In this document: positions 1 to 9,766 of the stretch, in pieces | Numbering within the stretch: the first letter of the stretch is position 1 | How the letters are laid out: the number at the start of each line of letters is the position of its first letter | The notes under the pieces: generated by a model | The model's database searches: none | Told to the model about the DNA's origin: nothing | Seen by the model: only the letters and a program-made list of their open reading frames with translations | NCBI GenBank assembly: GCA_040182905.1 | Contig: JARQWU010000074.1 | Span: forward strand, 1-37,701 | Reading direction: 5' to 3' | From: Barthelona sp. PAP020 | Taxonomy: Eukaryota | Length of the DNA stretch: 37,701 nucleotides | Made by a program: the position numbers and the translations under genes

Positions 1-1032
1 AAGTGGACAAATAAAAACCAAGAATTAACAAACCAAGTCGATTATTTGACAAACCAATTGAATGGTCTTATGAACAACAGTGATGGACAACATCCTGTTG
101 GAAATGGAAGGCGAATTATTCATTCAGTCAAAAGATTTGAAGAAAGGCCTGTGTTTAGTGAAGAGTTTCCTGATATAGAGGTTGATGCCCTTGATTACAG
201 CCCTGATGGACGTTTTTTTGCGGTTGCAGGATATGATAGTAAATTACTCAGAGTCTACGATGCTGAAACACATAAAATTGTACATGAAGGAGCATATGTA
301 AAGGCTATTGGTCTCAATTTTAATCCAGACTCCAGCTTATTGGCTGTTGGTGGTGATGGTCCAGCAATTCATATCATTGAGGTTGATACTTGGAGAACAT
401 TCAGGGTGATTAGTGATATGGCAAATGATGTAAAACGTGTTTGGTTTTCACCAGATGGCAAATTGCTTTCTTTTGGTATGGCGGATGGTTTCATTGCCAT
501 ATACACGGTTGGAGGACAGAAGTTGCATGAATTTCGAGCCCATGAAAATCATGTTTGGGCTGTACGTATCAGCCCCGATATGAAGTACTTTATATCTGTT
601 AGTCATGACAGATCTTCAAAGTTGTTTTCATTGGAGACGTGTGAAGAGCTTCACACGTGGAGTCATGATGGAGAGTGGGTAAGATCAGGCAACTTCTCAC
701 TCAATGGTGCTTATTGGGCAACAGGTGATGATAATGGTTCAATCAGGATTTTTGATGTTGAATCTAGAGAGTTGTTGGGAAAGTATAAGGTTCATAGTGA
801 TTGGATATTCTCAATCATCTTCTCCCAAGATGGTTCATTACTCTATTCTGGTTCTTCTGATAGATCATTTGCTGTTATTCAAAGAGAAACAGGTCAATTG
901 CTGCAGAAAGAGTGTATGTCTTTCTGTATTGTTGTTATGGCCCTTAATCATGATGGAACTCGTTTATTGTGTGGTGGTTATAATGGTCGGAATAATGTCC
1001 CAATCCAAGAATTCATTGCTTCAGACTTGTAA
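1..1032 (+). CDS. WD40-repeat protein, 5'-partial (coiled-coil-like segment followed by a beta-propeller)
   Basis: The frame is open from base 1 (KWTNKNQELTNQVDYLTNQLNGLM...), so the start lies outside the window. It carries repeated WD40 motifs (YSPDGRFFAVAG, FSPDGKLL, AHENHVWAVRISPD, HSDWIFSIIFSQDG). Confidence 0.85.
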   Translation, partial: KWTNKNQELTNQVDYLTNQLNGLMNNSDGQHPVGNGRRIIHSVKRFEERPVFSEEFPDIEVDALDYSPDGRFFAVAGYDSKLLRVYDAETHKIVHEGAYVKAIGLNFNPDSSLLAVGGDGPAIHIIEVDTWRTFRVISDMANDVKRVWFSPDGKLLSFGMADGFIAIYTVGGQKLHEFRAHENHVWAVRISPDMKYFISVSHDRSSKLFSLETCEELHTWSHDGEWVRSGNFSLNGAYWATGDDNGSIRIFDVESRELLGKYKVHSDWIFSIIFSQDGSLLYSGSSDRSFAVIQRETGQLLQKECMSFCIVVMALNHDGTRLLCGGYNGRNNVPIQEFIASDL

Positions 1033-1249
1033 AACTCGCCATTGTATTTTGTATTTATATCCCATGATTGCGCGTTTTATCTCCCTTCTGAGGTTTTCCA
1101 ACTTGTAAATTTTAAATACATTTTTATTTCACCATTTCATCATTTTCATATTGTTCTTTAACTATACTGGTCACTCCACACCCCTATAACAACATAAACC
1201 ACCCATCAACCCAACATAACCAAAACAATTGGATTATTTGAAAAATTCT

Positions 1250-1630
1250 GCCTCTTGTTTTTGCAATGTCTATCATCGTTTGGGCAAACACCAGTTTATT
1301 TGTTCCAACTCAACCTGTTTCCTATCAGGACCTTTTGGGCTTATCGCATCTTGTCAAACTGGTTCCAAAGAATTGATTCAAATGGGCATTAATCAATGGC
1401 ATGAAGTCTCTTAAAGTTTGGTGTTGTTGAAGAGCCTTTGATTAACAAAGGGTCAAAAACATATTATTTGGGACGGATTTAACTTATTTAAATTTCAGAG
1501 AAAAAGGAAAAGGAGAAAATCTCTTTGTTTATCTGCGGAAAGTTTGGACTTGAGAAGGAAATGAAACAGCAAGATTCAATTTTGACAGGCAAGGACAAAT
1601 CTGGGATAATATTTCCCTCTCATTTCTTTT
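1250..1630 (+). repeat. Diverged candidate copy (copy D) of the dispersed structured element
   Basis: Landmarks occur in the same order and similar spacing as in copies A and C: TCCTATCAGGA hairpin (1320-1330), long-range pair AACACCA (1287-1293)/TGGTGTT (1419-1425) directly before GAGCC...GGGTC (1432-1454), AAAGTTTGG (1539-1547), and CCCTCTC plus a T-rich end (about 1615-1630). Boundaries are approximate. Confidence 0.5.
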
Positions 1631-2524
1631 GTGTTTTTGAAGAAGAAAAATAATGTTGAAGTTGGTGCCTTTCATTTTAAAAAATAAAAAGTTCAAACAA
1701 ATCAATCAGGTCTCGAAAGCCCTTGCCAAATAAACACTATTTTTTCTTATTCACTCCTACGTACAGGACTTCTTGACGAGGAAATTAAAAATAACAGCTC
1801 TATTAAAAATTACAAATCCGCAAAAAGCTGCCTTTTTTTTCTAAGGGACTTCTCTTCTGTTCAATTTCTGTTGAAAAAAACTTTGCAGAAAAAAAATCCT
1901 TTTGTTCTTTAAAAAAGTATTTCATTCATTAAACTTGTTAATTCAAATAATTAAACTGTTAAATATCCTTTCAAAATAAAAAATTAGCAAAGCCTCCAAA
2001 ATTGTAGGATTGGGAAAGAAAATCTGGCAACTCAAAAGAAAACGTTTGGAAATATAATCTTTATGCTTTTGCAATACTTTGACCGGATTTGCCAAAAATT
2101 AGAGCTATCAAAAATTGGAAAATGATTTTCACTCAAATATGAGCAAAGTTCGCTTCTTTATGTTGCGTCCAACTGAAAATAAACAAAAATTTAAAGAATT
2201 TCTTTTACCATCTTTTATGTGTTTTAGGTTTAACTATGATTCATTTCTTTTAATCTTCAAAGAAAATTTTCCCTTTAGAATTAATTTTGAGTCACTCAAA
2301 ATTATTCACATTTGTAAAAAACATTGTGAAACTAACATATAAGCACAAAGTATACTGTTTTTGGAAATATGTAAATAATTTATGTTCATGGTGGAATTTT
2401 TTTGGTTTTTGTAACCTTTGGTTTCTAAATACAAACGTAAAAAAGAAAGACTTCCACACTGGGGCTTCTTTTGAAAAGAAAAAAGTAATGACAAAACCAT
2501 TTTTTTTTTTTTGGTCAATTATTG

Positions 2525-3583
2525 ATGAGCTACAGAAAAACCACAAAAACGGCACAGAATGAAATGCCAGAACCACCAAGTGAAACAATAACTTGTCTTA
2601 GATGGGCTCCTACAAGTAATCCAATGTTGTTGGCTACTTCTTGGGATAAGACTGCAAGAATTTGGGAAGTTAATGATAAGTTTGAGGGTAAACCATTAAG
2701 ATTAAAGGAGTTAGACAATCCTATTTTATGTGGTTGTTGGGATAATGAAGGAAACACTGTTTTTTTGGGAGATACAGACGGAAATGCATGGGCATGGAAT
2801 TTAGAAAATGATGAAATTGTTCAAGTTGGGAAACATGATGGTCCCATTTCTTGTATTGGTTGGGCTTCACCCATGATTATTACAGGCAGTTGGGATGAGA
2901 AGTTAAGGTATTGGGACGGAAAAAGTGAAAGTCCCAAGGGTGAAATAGAAATGCCAAAGAAGATTTATTGTTTAGATGTTGTGGATAATTGTTTGTGTGT
3001 TGGTCTTGCTGGTGATGAAGAACAAGTTGCAATTATTGATTTAAAAGCTAATTATGAAGAGGTGAGTTCTGTTGATACTCTTCAAAAAGCGGATGGCAGA
3101 GGAAAATTAAGTTGGATTTCTGGAATCAAAATTTTGCCCAACCTTTCTGGGTATTATTGTTGTTTTGAATGTGGTTATGCTGCAGCTAGGCTTTTTGGTG
3201 AAGATCCTTTTGTTTTTAAAGCTCATTATGAAGGAGGTTCAACAAAGTTTTGGCCTGTGTATGATGTTTCGATTCATCCCGACCCTTCAATATTTTGTAC
3301 TTGTGGTGGAAATAGTCAAATTGTTTTTTGGAATGCTGAATCACGCAAAACAGTCACTACGAATCGGATAACACCTTCTTCAGCGATTACAAATTGTCAC
3401 ATTCACAATAGTGGAGAAGCTTTTGCGTACGCCATTGGTTATGATTGGCATCAAGGTGTTAATGGATATAAAAAGAGTTCTAGTAGCGTGTCATCCAGTA
3501 GAACAAGGTACACATCTACTTATGGCTCAAGTAGTACACCCAATCAAAAAACTGCTGTGTATGTTAAACAGTTGGACATTTAA
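2525..3583 (+). CDS. RAE1: mRNA export factor Rae1/Gle2 (WD40)
   Basis: Motifs PPSETITCLRW, ATSWDKTARIWEV, TGSWDEKLRYWD and FAYAIGYDWHQG are typical of Rae1. First ATG at 2525. Confidence 0.88.
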   Translation: MSYRKTTKTAQNEMPEPPSETITCLRWAPTSNPMLLATSWDKTARIWEVNDKFEGKPLRLKELDNPILCGCWDNEGNTVFLGDTDGNAWAWNLENDEIVQVGKHDGPISCIGWASPMIITGSWDEKLRYWDGKSESPKGEIEMPKKIYCLDVVDNCLCVGLAGDEEQVAIIDLKANYEEVSSVDTLQKADGRGKLSWISGIKILPNLSGYYCCFECGYAAARLFGEDPFVFKAHYEGGSTKFWPVYDVSIHPDPSIFCTCGGNSQIVFWNAESRKTVTTNRITPSSAITNCHIHNSGEAFAYAIGYDWHQGVNGYKKSSSSVSSSRTRYTSTYGSSSTPNQKTAVYVKQLDI

Positions 3584-3619
3584 AAATTATATAAAGAGTT
3601 TTTCTTTTTTATTTTACTG

Positions 3620-4120
3620 TATTTTTGTGAAGGGTTCTTGATACTTTTGGAACAAAGGGTTGTATCGCTTCTGTTAAAGAAAAAACAAATCTTTATTTAT
3701 ATCCACTTTATGTGAAGATGTTTCAAGGAAATTGCGGTCATTTAAAATTTCTCAATTATTTTCCAAAAGATCAAATTTTTGAAGCAAGAGCAAATAAAAA
3801 TTGTTTTATTTATTGTGAAAACGAAAAATTGTGAATTGTGTTGTTTCAATTTGCAAATTTTTGAGGTATTAAACCAAAAACTTCTGTTTTAAAAATAAAT
3901 AAATCAAATTTTTAATTACCAGAGGTCTATGAATTCTTCAATTATTTATTCCAAATAATATTTGAGAAAGAGTTAAACTTTGGAATGAGTAAATAATTCA
4001 TAAAGTTTTAACTGGTAAAATGCGTCAAAAAGTTACATTTCTCAACTATAACAAATTTATTTTGTGGTTTTTGCGATTCAATCAAGTTCAAATTTTCGAA
4101 TTTAAAAAAGAGAGAAAAGT
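3620..4120 (+). repeat. Highly diverged candidate copy (copy E) of the dispersed structured element
   Basis: TTTGTGAA (about 3624) can pair with TTTGCAAA (about 3850), at a spacing like the closing stem of copies A and B. AATCTTTATT (about 3688), the GTTTC-AAG-GAAAT hairpin (about 3720) and the AAACTTT...AAAGTTT helix (about 3975-4008) follow in the expected order. The sequence is AT-rich, so chance matches are possible. Confidence 0.35.
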
Positions 4121-4123
4121 GCC

Positions 4124-4921
4124 TCAAATCGACACTTTACATGTTTCACCTAATTTCTGTGTATTTGGACAATCCATAAGAGTTAACTTTAAAGTGTCTT
4201 CATTCATCAATGAGAATTCCACCTGGAAATCAAAAAAACATTCTGACAGCAACCCACTTTTTTTATATTGGGCGGTGAAAATTAAACAGCTATTCCATAT
4301 ATCAGCCAATGAACATAAAAATTGAAGTATATCTGTATTTTCAGAAGAATCATACCCTTTAAAGATGAGATCAATCGAATTTACAATTATCAAGGGAACA
4401 GGTTGAAAATGATATATTTGTTTTAATTCATAATAGTTTGAAGCAGGCAAAATTCTTATTTTCGATAGATTTGTAGGATCGAAATTATTTTGCAAAGATA
4501 ACTCATGATATATTGAATTTATATTGAATAAACCATTAAAATCTATAATTAGGCACGATTGTGATTGTTCCACAACTTGAAAAATAATTGAAAACAAAAT
4601 TTTTAAATAAACTCGTGATTCTGAAAAAAAGATATTTTGGATAAACAAATATTTGTTTATTGTGTGAAGTTTATTTATTAAATTGTCAAAATCCTCAAAA
4701 CCTGTGGAAAATATGAAACTGTTCACATTCTTTTTTTCAACGCAATTTATATCCAAATAATTAGTTATTATTGATCTCAGTTCAATTTCTTTCATGGGTG
4801 TGTGTTCGTGTATAATCCGTAATTTTTTTGGTAAAGCTGTTAGATAATCTTTTATGGTCAAAATATCATTTTCTCTTAATTTATCGATCGTTAAAGAATC
4901 AATGGACAAAGTGTTTAACAT
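4124..4921 (-). CDS. RAD51 paralog (RAD51D-like) with degenerate ATPase motifs
   Basis: The N-terminus (IDKLRENDILTIKDYL) resembles RAD51D. FSTGFEDFDNLI, CLIIDFNGLF and LIIVNSIDLIF map onto the RecA-fold motifs STG..LD.LL, YID.EG.F and Walker B. Confidence 0.6.
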   Translation of the reverse strand: MLNTLSIDSLTIDKLRENDILTIKDYLTALPKKLRIIHEHTPMKEIELRSIITNYLDINCVEKKNVNSFIFSTGFEDFDNLINKLHTINKYLFIQNIFFSESRVYLKILFSIIFQVVEQSQSCLIIDFNGLFNINSIYHELSLQNNFDPTNLSKIRILPASNYYELKQIYHFQPVPLIIVNSIDLIFKGYDSSENTDILQFLCSLADIWNSCLIFTAQYKKSGLLSECFFDFQVEFSLMNEDTLKLTLMDCPNTQKLGETCKVSI

Positions 4922-4992
4922 GCAAAAACATTATCAATGCTTTGAAAAGTAAAAAAAAGAATCATCCCTTTTTTAATTTTTACATTTTTTTC

Positions 4993-6747
4993 ATGAGTTA
5001 TCAGAGCTTTTCAATCAAACCAATTGGATATCGATCAACATGGGAGTTTGGAAAATCTTATGACAATGCGTCTTGTCAAACCGATTCAATTCCAAATCTA
5101 GATAAGGCTGTTCAAACTCGACAAAAGAAAAAAGATGTGCAAACGGATTCTTTTGATGAAATTGTTGAGAAATTGAACAATGAAACTTCATCCGAAGAGG
5201 AATTTGAAGAGGTTGATGTTGAAATTGAAGAGGAAATTGAAGAACGTGTTCTTGTTACCCCTAGATCTGAAACAGCAAAAGAGTCTGGACCTGAAGTTCA
5301 ATCAGAAAATGATGAAAATGAGAATGAAAAGACCCATATTGAAGAAGAAGATGATGATGAAAAACAAAAAGAAACATTCGAAAAGGAAGAAGAAGAATTT
5401 GAAGCTAAGGTTGAACAAGAGCCTGAATATAGAATCATTAAGAAAAAAGTTAAACGAGTTATCAAAGAAAAACGTTTGAAAAAGACCACAACTGTATTAC
5501 CTTCGATTGAAGATGTTCTTTCTATTGACCAATTGAATTTAACATTGCAAATACTCCAACAAAATCGACTTTCCAGAGTTTTTGTCAAATATTCTCCATC
5601 AACAGATATTGAAATTCATAAACCCATCCCTCAGCAATATTTTGAATGCAAACTAGCATCTGAATTTGAAGATTACATTCCCAATTGTATTATTATGGAT
5701 AAAGAAGGATCAACAATGATTGTTGCAATGGGAATAAAATTCCATGATGGATGGTGTACCCATGACGGATTAATTTTAGCATTTAAAGTAAAAGCTGATA
5801 AGATTTTGGAACCATATCTGAAAGTGAAAGTTCGTAACTGTGCTACTTCTGTTTGTTTTCATCCAGAACAGCCCAACATTATTGTTGCTGGAACACATGA
5901 TGGCGAGCTATTTGTTATTGATACTTTCAATGAATCTGATCCAATTATTGGTTTCTATGGATTGGACAAACCTCATTGTCACACTGTTCCTGTGATTGAT
6001 CTTCGTTTTATTCCGCATTTACTTACAGGCGAAATGTTGTTAATGTCTACGGGGCAAGATGGAAAGATTAATCAATGGACAATTGATGAACTTTGGAAAT
6101 TTACTCCTTTATGTTGCCTAATAGCTGCAGTTACATCAAAAACAGCATCTTCTTCTTTAGCAGCAGCAAGATTATTGAGAGTTACGTTCTTAACTACTTC
6201 TATTACGTATTCTTCTGTTGATACTTCAATTTTTGTGGTTGGTTCTGTTGCAGGGGATATTTTAAGGTGTAACGTTGCAGATACCCCGGATGAATTTAAA
6301 ACTTACAAAGCAGGTACATTTTTGTTGAAAAAGAGACCTTCATCTGTAAATTGTATGGAATTTGCACCAAAACAAAGAGCTTTGATTGCTGTTGGATCTT
6401 CTCAATTGGATATTATGTTGCTTTTACAACCTGATCCCATTTTAACTTTACATCCTCCTAAAGCTACATCCATCATTTCTATATGTTGGTCACCGGTTCG
6501 TCCTTTAGTCCTTTATGCTGGTTGTCAAAATGGGGACTTGTTAATTTTTGACTTTACATACAGTACAACAGTTCCCAAATATATTTACACTATATCAAAG
6601 CCTATCATATCAATAAAACACAATCCTCTTGATTTGAAAGAAATTTTGATTGGTTCACAAACTTCTCAGATAATAAGATTACCGTCAGATTTGATTCATG
6701 AATTGCCTGATGAACATCTTGATTTTTCCAAATTATTTTCTTTGTAA
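4993..6747 (+). CDS. WDR34: Dynein-2 intermediate chain WDR34/DYNC2I2-like
   Basis: The N-terminus carries QT motifs (SCQTD, AVQTR, DVQTD), followed by HDGWCTHDG, CFHPEQPNIIVAGTHDGEL and WSPVRPLVL in the WD40 region. Likely ATG at 4993 after a T-tract; the ORF-track extension upstream overlaps the RAD51 paralog. Confidence 0.75.
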   Translation: MSYQSFSIKPIGYRSTWEFGKSYDNASCQTDSIPNLDKAVQTRQKKKDVQTDSFDEIVEKLNNETSSEEEFEEVDVEIEEEIEERVLVTPRSETAKESGPEVQSENDENENEKTHIEEEDDDEKQKETFEKEEEEFEAKVEQEPEYRIIKKKVKRVIKEKRLKKTTTVLPSIEDVLSIDQLNLTLQILQQNRLSRVFVKYSPSTDIEIHKPIPQQYFECKLASEFEDYIPNCIIMDKEGSTMIVAMGIKFHDGWCTHDGLILAFKVKADKILEPYLKVKVRNCATSVCFHPEQPNIIVAGTHDGELFVIDTFNESDPIIGFYGLDKPHCHTVPVIDLRFIPHLLTGEMLLMSTGQDGKINQWTIDELWKFTPLCCLIAAVTSKTASSSLAAARLLRVTFLTTSITYSSVDTSIFVVGSVAGDILRCNVADTPDEFKTYKAGTFLLKKRPSSVNCMEFAPKQRALIAVGSSQLDIMLLLQPDPILTLHPPKATSIISICWSPVRPLVLYAGCQNGDLLIFDFTYSTTVPKYIYTISKPIISIKHNPLDLKEILIGSQTSQIIRLPSDLIHELPDEHLDFSKLFSL

Positions 6748-6982
6748 CTTAATATTTCAATTGTGTAAATTTCTGAAAAAAAATTTATTTTTTGATGGAA
6801 AAAAAAATCTCTTATGAAAGTTATTAAACAGCATATTTGATGAGAAAATATACTTGATGAAATTAAGAACAAAAAAATAAAAGTGCTGAAGAAACTGCCC
6901 AAAAAAAAATAATTTTCAAACAAACAAAACTTTGGAAAAAAAAAAATTCATCTTTTTTTTTTTTAAAAGAATAATTATAACA

Positions 6983-7718
6983 ATGGCACACAAAGTCTTC
7001 ATTGGAAATCTCCGCTACAATTACAGTCGTATGGATAATGTCAAGGAACTTCTTAAAGAATATAATCCGTATTTTTTATCTTTTCCTTTCCCTAATTTAT
7101 AGTTCTATGATTTTTATGCATGTTTCAAGAAGAGAAAGATTCAGTTCCAGATTTGCTATCGTTGAAGTTGAATCTAAGGAAGTTGGTGACAAAATGATTG
7201 CTGATCTCAACAATGAGTTTGCCAACAAACAAGGAAGAAATGGCCTTCGTGTATCTCATTATGAAGAAAGAACTGCTAAACCACAAAAACGTATTGTCAA
7301 GAAGACAGTTAAACCTGTAAAGAAGGAACAACCTAAAAAGGAACAACCTAAAAAGGAAAAGAAAAAACTCTCTCCTAAGGTGGCTCCTAAAGAGACTTCT
7401 GAAAAGAGTGTTAAAAAACCAAGAAAAAATATATTCCCTCGTGATGAACACACTTTGTTTGTTGCTGGTATTACCAAAGATAATATTGAAGCTGTTGTTG
7501 AACTTCTTAACATCCCAAAAGACGCCAAAGTTGAAAAGAATAGAAACAATATGCTTATTCGTGTCATGGAAAATCCCGAAGAATTTAATAAAGAAGCACT
7601 TTCTCACAATGGTGATGTTATTGGTGACACAACTTTGAAGGTCGAAATGGCAAAAATTGGGAAGAAAGTTGAAGTTGTTGAAGAAGCCAAAGAAGAAGCT
7701 GAACCTAAGTCAGAGTAA
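6983..7718 (+). CDS. RNA-binding protein with two RRM-like domains and a Lys/Pro-rich linker; exons 6983-7068 and 7103-7718
   Basis: The spliced frame reads MAHKVFIGNLRY...KEYNP/SMIFMHV...RFAIVEVE, giving RNP2 (KVFIGNL) and an RNP1-like motif (FAIVEV). The second domain runs TLFVAGI...TLKVEMAK. Confidence 0.8.
7069..7102 (+). other. 34-nt spliceosomal intron
   Basis: Sequence GTATTTT...CCCTAATTTATAG. Its removal joins the ATG/RNP2 exon in frame to the downstream ORF. Confidence 0.85.
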
Positions 7719-7988
7719 ATTGTAATTTAATTGTGTTTTTTGTTGCCTTTCTAAATAATAAAAGCAAAAGGTGTGGAGAATCGTTTTGATAAAGTCAAAT
7801 TTACAAAAGGAAAAAATATTGTTTGAAAAAAATGTTTAAATCTTTAAAAATTGTGCCAAATATGTTTTATTATTACATTAAAAACAATTAAATCAAAGAA
7901 GATATAAAGATCACCTGAAAAAGGAGCGCTCAAAAGATTGGCAAAAAAATTAAACTTTTCATATTGCATTTTTTTTTGGAAAATAATT

Positions 7989-8357
7989 ATGAAATTGTCA
8001 ACTTTAGTGTTTACCACGTTATTTATTACTGTAGCAGTTGCTTTGGATGTCAAATTTGCCAGTCACACAGTGTCAAAGTTTCATACCATACCTGTCGATC
8101 ATTTCAATGGGGAATTAGCTTTTGATTCACCGGAATCTAGCTCCAGTTCTAGTTCTTCTTCCAGTTCTAGTTCTAGCTCAAGTTCTTCAAGTTCTTCTTC
8201 AAGTTCTTCTAGTTCTTCTAGTTCAAGTTCTTCCAGTTCTTCTTCTAGTTCTTCTTCAAGTTCAAGTTCAAGTTCTAGTTCTAGTTCTTCTAGCTCCTCA
8301 AGTTCTAGTTCTAGCTCCAGTTCTAGTTCTTCTAGTTCTTCCAGTTCGGGATTCTAA
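7989..8357 (+). CDS. Small secreted poly-serine protein (122 aa)
   Basis: Signal-peptide-like MKLSTLVFTTLFITVAVA, about 30 unique residues, 71 consecutive Ser, then GF and stop. Confidence 0.75.
   Translation: MKLSTLVFTTLFITVAVALDVKFASHTVSKFHTIPVDHFNGELAFDSPESSSSSSSSSSSSSSSSSSSSSSSSSSSSSSSSSSSSSSSSSSSSSSSSSSSSSSSSSSSSSSSSSSSSSSSGF
8136..8348 (+). repeat. Poly-serine coding tract (mixed TCN/AGY codons)
   Basis: Interleaved TCT/AGT/TCA/TCC/AGC codons across 213 nt. Confidence 0.9.
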
Positions 8358-8611
8358 CCAATCTTAACTTAATTATTTTATGTGACCCTGTGTGTTTTTT
8401 TTTTGGTCATATTCAAGACATCTATAAATTCATTTTCCTTTCTTTGTTTTTTGGATTTTACATTTTTACAATAAGCAATTCATGAAGTTAATCTTTTGAT
8501 TAATTGAATGGTTTTGAAAAATAATGGAAAAAAGGAAACAAATCTTGAACTAGCCAATCATTGATTAGAAATGGTTTGACTTTTTTCTCATTCACTCTTT
8601 ATTATAATAAG

Positions 8612-9766
8612 ATGAATTCCATTACAACTAACAATTATTCTTTTGAATTTACAAGGGTTAAAGAAGAAAATAAGACGCCTCTTATAACCAACCCTGATAA
8701 GTTGGGTTTTGGTGTTAATTTTACCTCTCATATGTTTATTTCTGACTTTAATGAAGAAAATGGATGGCACAATCATAGAATTGTTCCTTATGGACCCCTT
8801 TCTATTAATCCTGCTGCTAAGTGTTTACACTATGCCCAAGAAATATTTGAAGGAATGAAGGCTTACAAAAATGAAAATGGTTTTCAATTGTTCCGTCCCG
8901 AAGAGAATGCACGTCGTTTCAATCGTTCTGCAAATCAATTGGTTATGCCAGAGATTCCCGAAGATTTGTTTATTGAAAGTGTTGAAGCTTTGGTTAAAAT
9001 TGATGCAGAATATATTCCTGAATGGCCTGAAACTGCTTTGTATATTAGACCTACTATGATTGGTGTTGGTACTGCATTAGGTGTTAAACCTTCAAACAAT
9101 TATATGTACTTTGTAATTTTATCTCCTGTAGGTCCTTACTTCAAGGGAGGCCTCAGTCCTTGTGGAATTAGTGTTTGTTCCGAACAGGTTCGTGCACCTG
9201 CTCCATCCGCCCAAGCTAAAGCCGGTGGAAATTATGCTGCTTCATTAAAAAGAGCCCAAGAAGCCAAAGAAAAAGGTTATTCACAAGTTCTTTGGTTGGA
9301 TACTGATTTCCGTAAGATTGCTGAAGTAGGTGCCATGAACATTATGTTTGTTGGTTCTGATAATTGTTTATATACTCCTATGTTGGACGGAACCATTTTA
9401 CCTGGTATCACCCGTAAATCTATAATTGAATTGGCTGAATTTTTGGGAATGAAAGTTTATGTTGGGGAATTGTTCATTGATGAAGTGACTCAAAAGATAA
9501 AGAATGGAGAAATAGTGGAAATGTTTGGTTGTGGTACTGCAGCCGTTGTTTCCCCTGTTGATTGTTTGGAGTATGAGGGTGTTGAATACACTGTTGAACG
9601 TGGTGTTGCTGGTCCTCGTACTAAAAAGATTTATGAGTTCTTAACATCAATTCAGTTCGGTATGAAGTTACCTAATTGGGAGAATCGTTCCAATGAAGAA
9701 AAGGAATTGTTTGAAAGTGCTTTGGAAAGATTTGGAAAGGAATGGTTGGTCAAAGTTGAGTTATAA
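8612..9766 (+). CDS. ilvE: Branched-chain amino acid aminotransferase (PLP fold type IV)
   Basis: Motifs LGFG..FT.HMF, LHYAQEIFEGMKAY, LYIRP, AKAGGNYAASL (catalytic Lys), EVGAMNI, ILPGITR and GCGTAAVVSPV. Confidence 0.93.
   Translation: MNSITTNNYSFEFTRVKEENKTPLITNPDKLGFGVNFTSHMFISDFNEENGWHNHRIVPYGPLSINPAAKCLHYAQEIFEGMKAYKNENGFQLFRPEENARRFNRSANQLVMPEIPEDLFIESVEALVKIDAEYIPEWPETALYIRPTMIGVGTALGVKPSNNYMYFVILSPVGPYFKGGLSPCGISVCSEQVRAPAPSAQAKAGGNYAASLKRAQEAKEKGYSQVLWLDTDFRKIAEVGAMNIMFVGSDNCLYTPMLDGTILPGITRKSIIELAEFLGMKVYVGELFIDEVTQKIKNGEIVEMFGCGTAAVVSPVDCLEYEGVEYTVERGVAGPRTKKIYEFLTSIQFGMKLPNWENRSNEEKELFESALERFGKEWLVKVEL

Noticed and set aside
2197..2210. 14-mer AATTTCTTTTACCA shared with 26190-26203
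   Set aside because: An isolated AT-rich match without flanking similarity, expected by chance.
4828..4992. ORF-track N-terminal extensions from TTG/GTG starts (also at 7002, 7938, 8561, 10582, 10699, 12838, 21454, 37420)
   Set aside because: This is a eukaryotic locus; the extensions run through A/T-tract spacers, and downstream or spliced ATGs give sensible N-termini.
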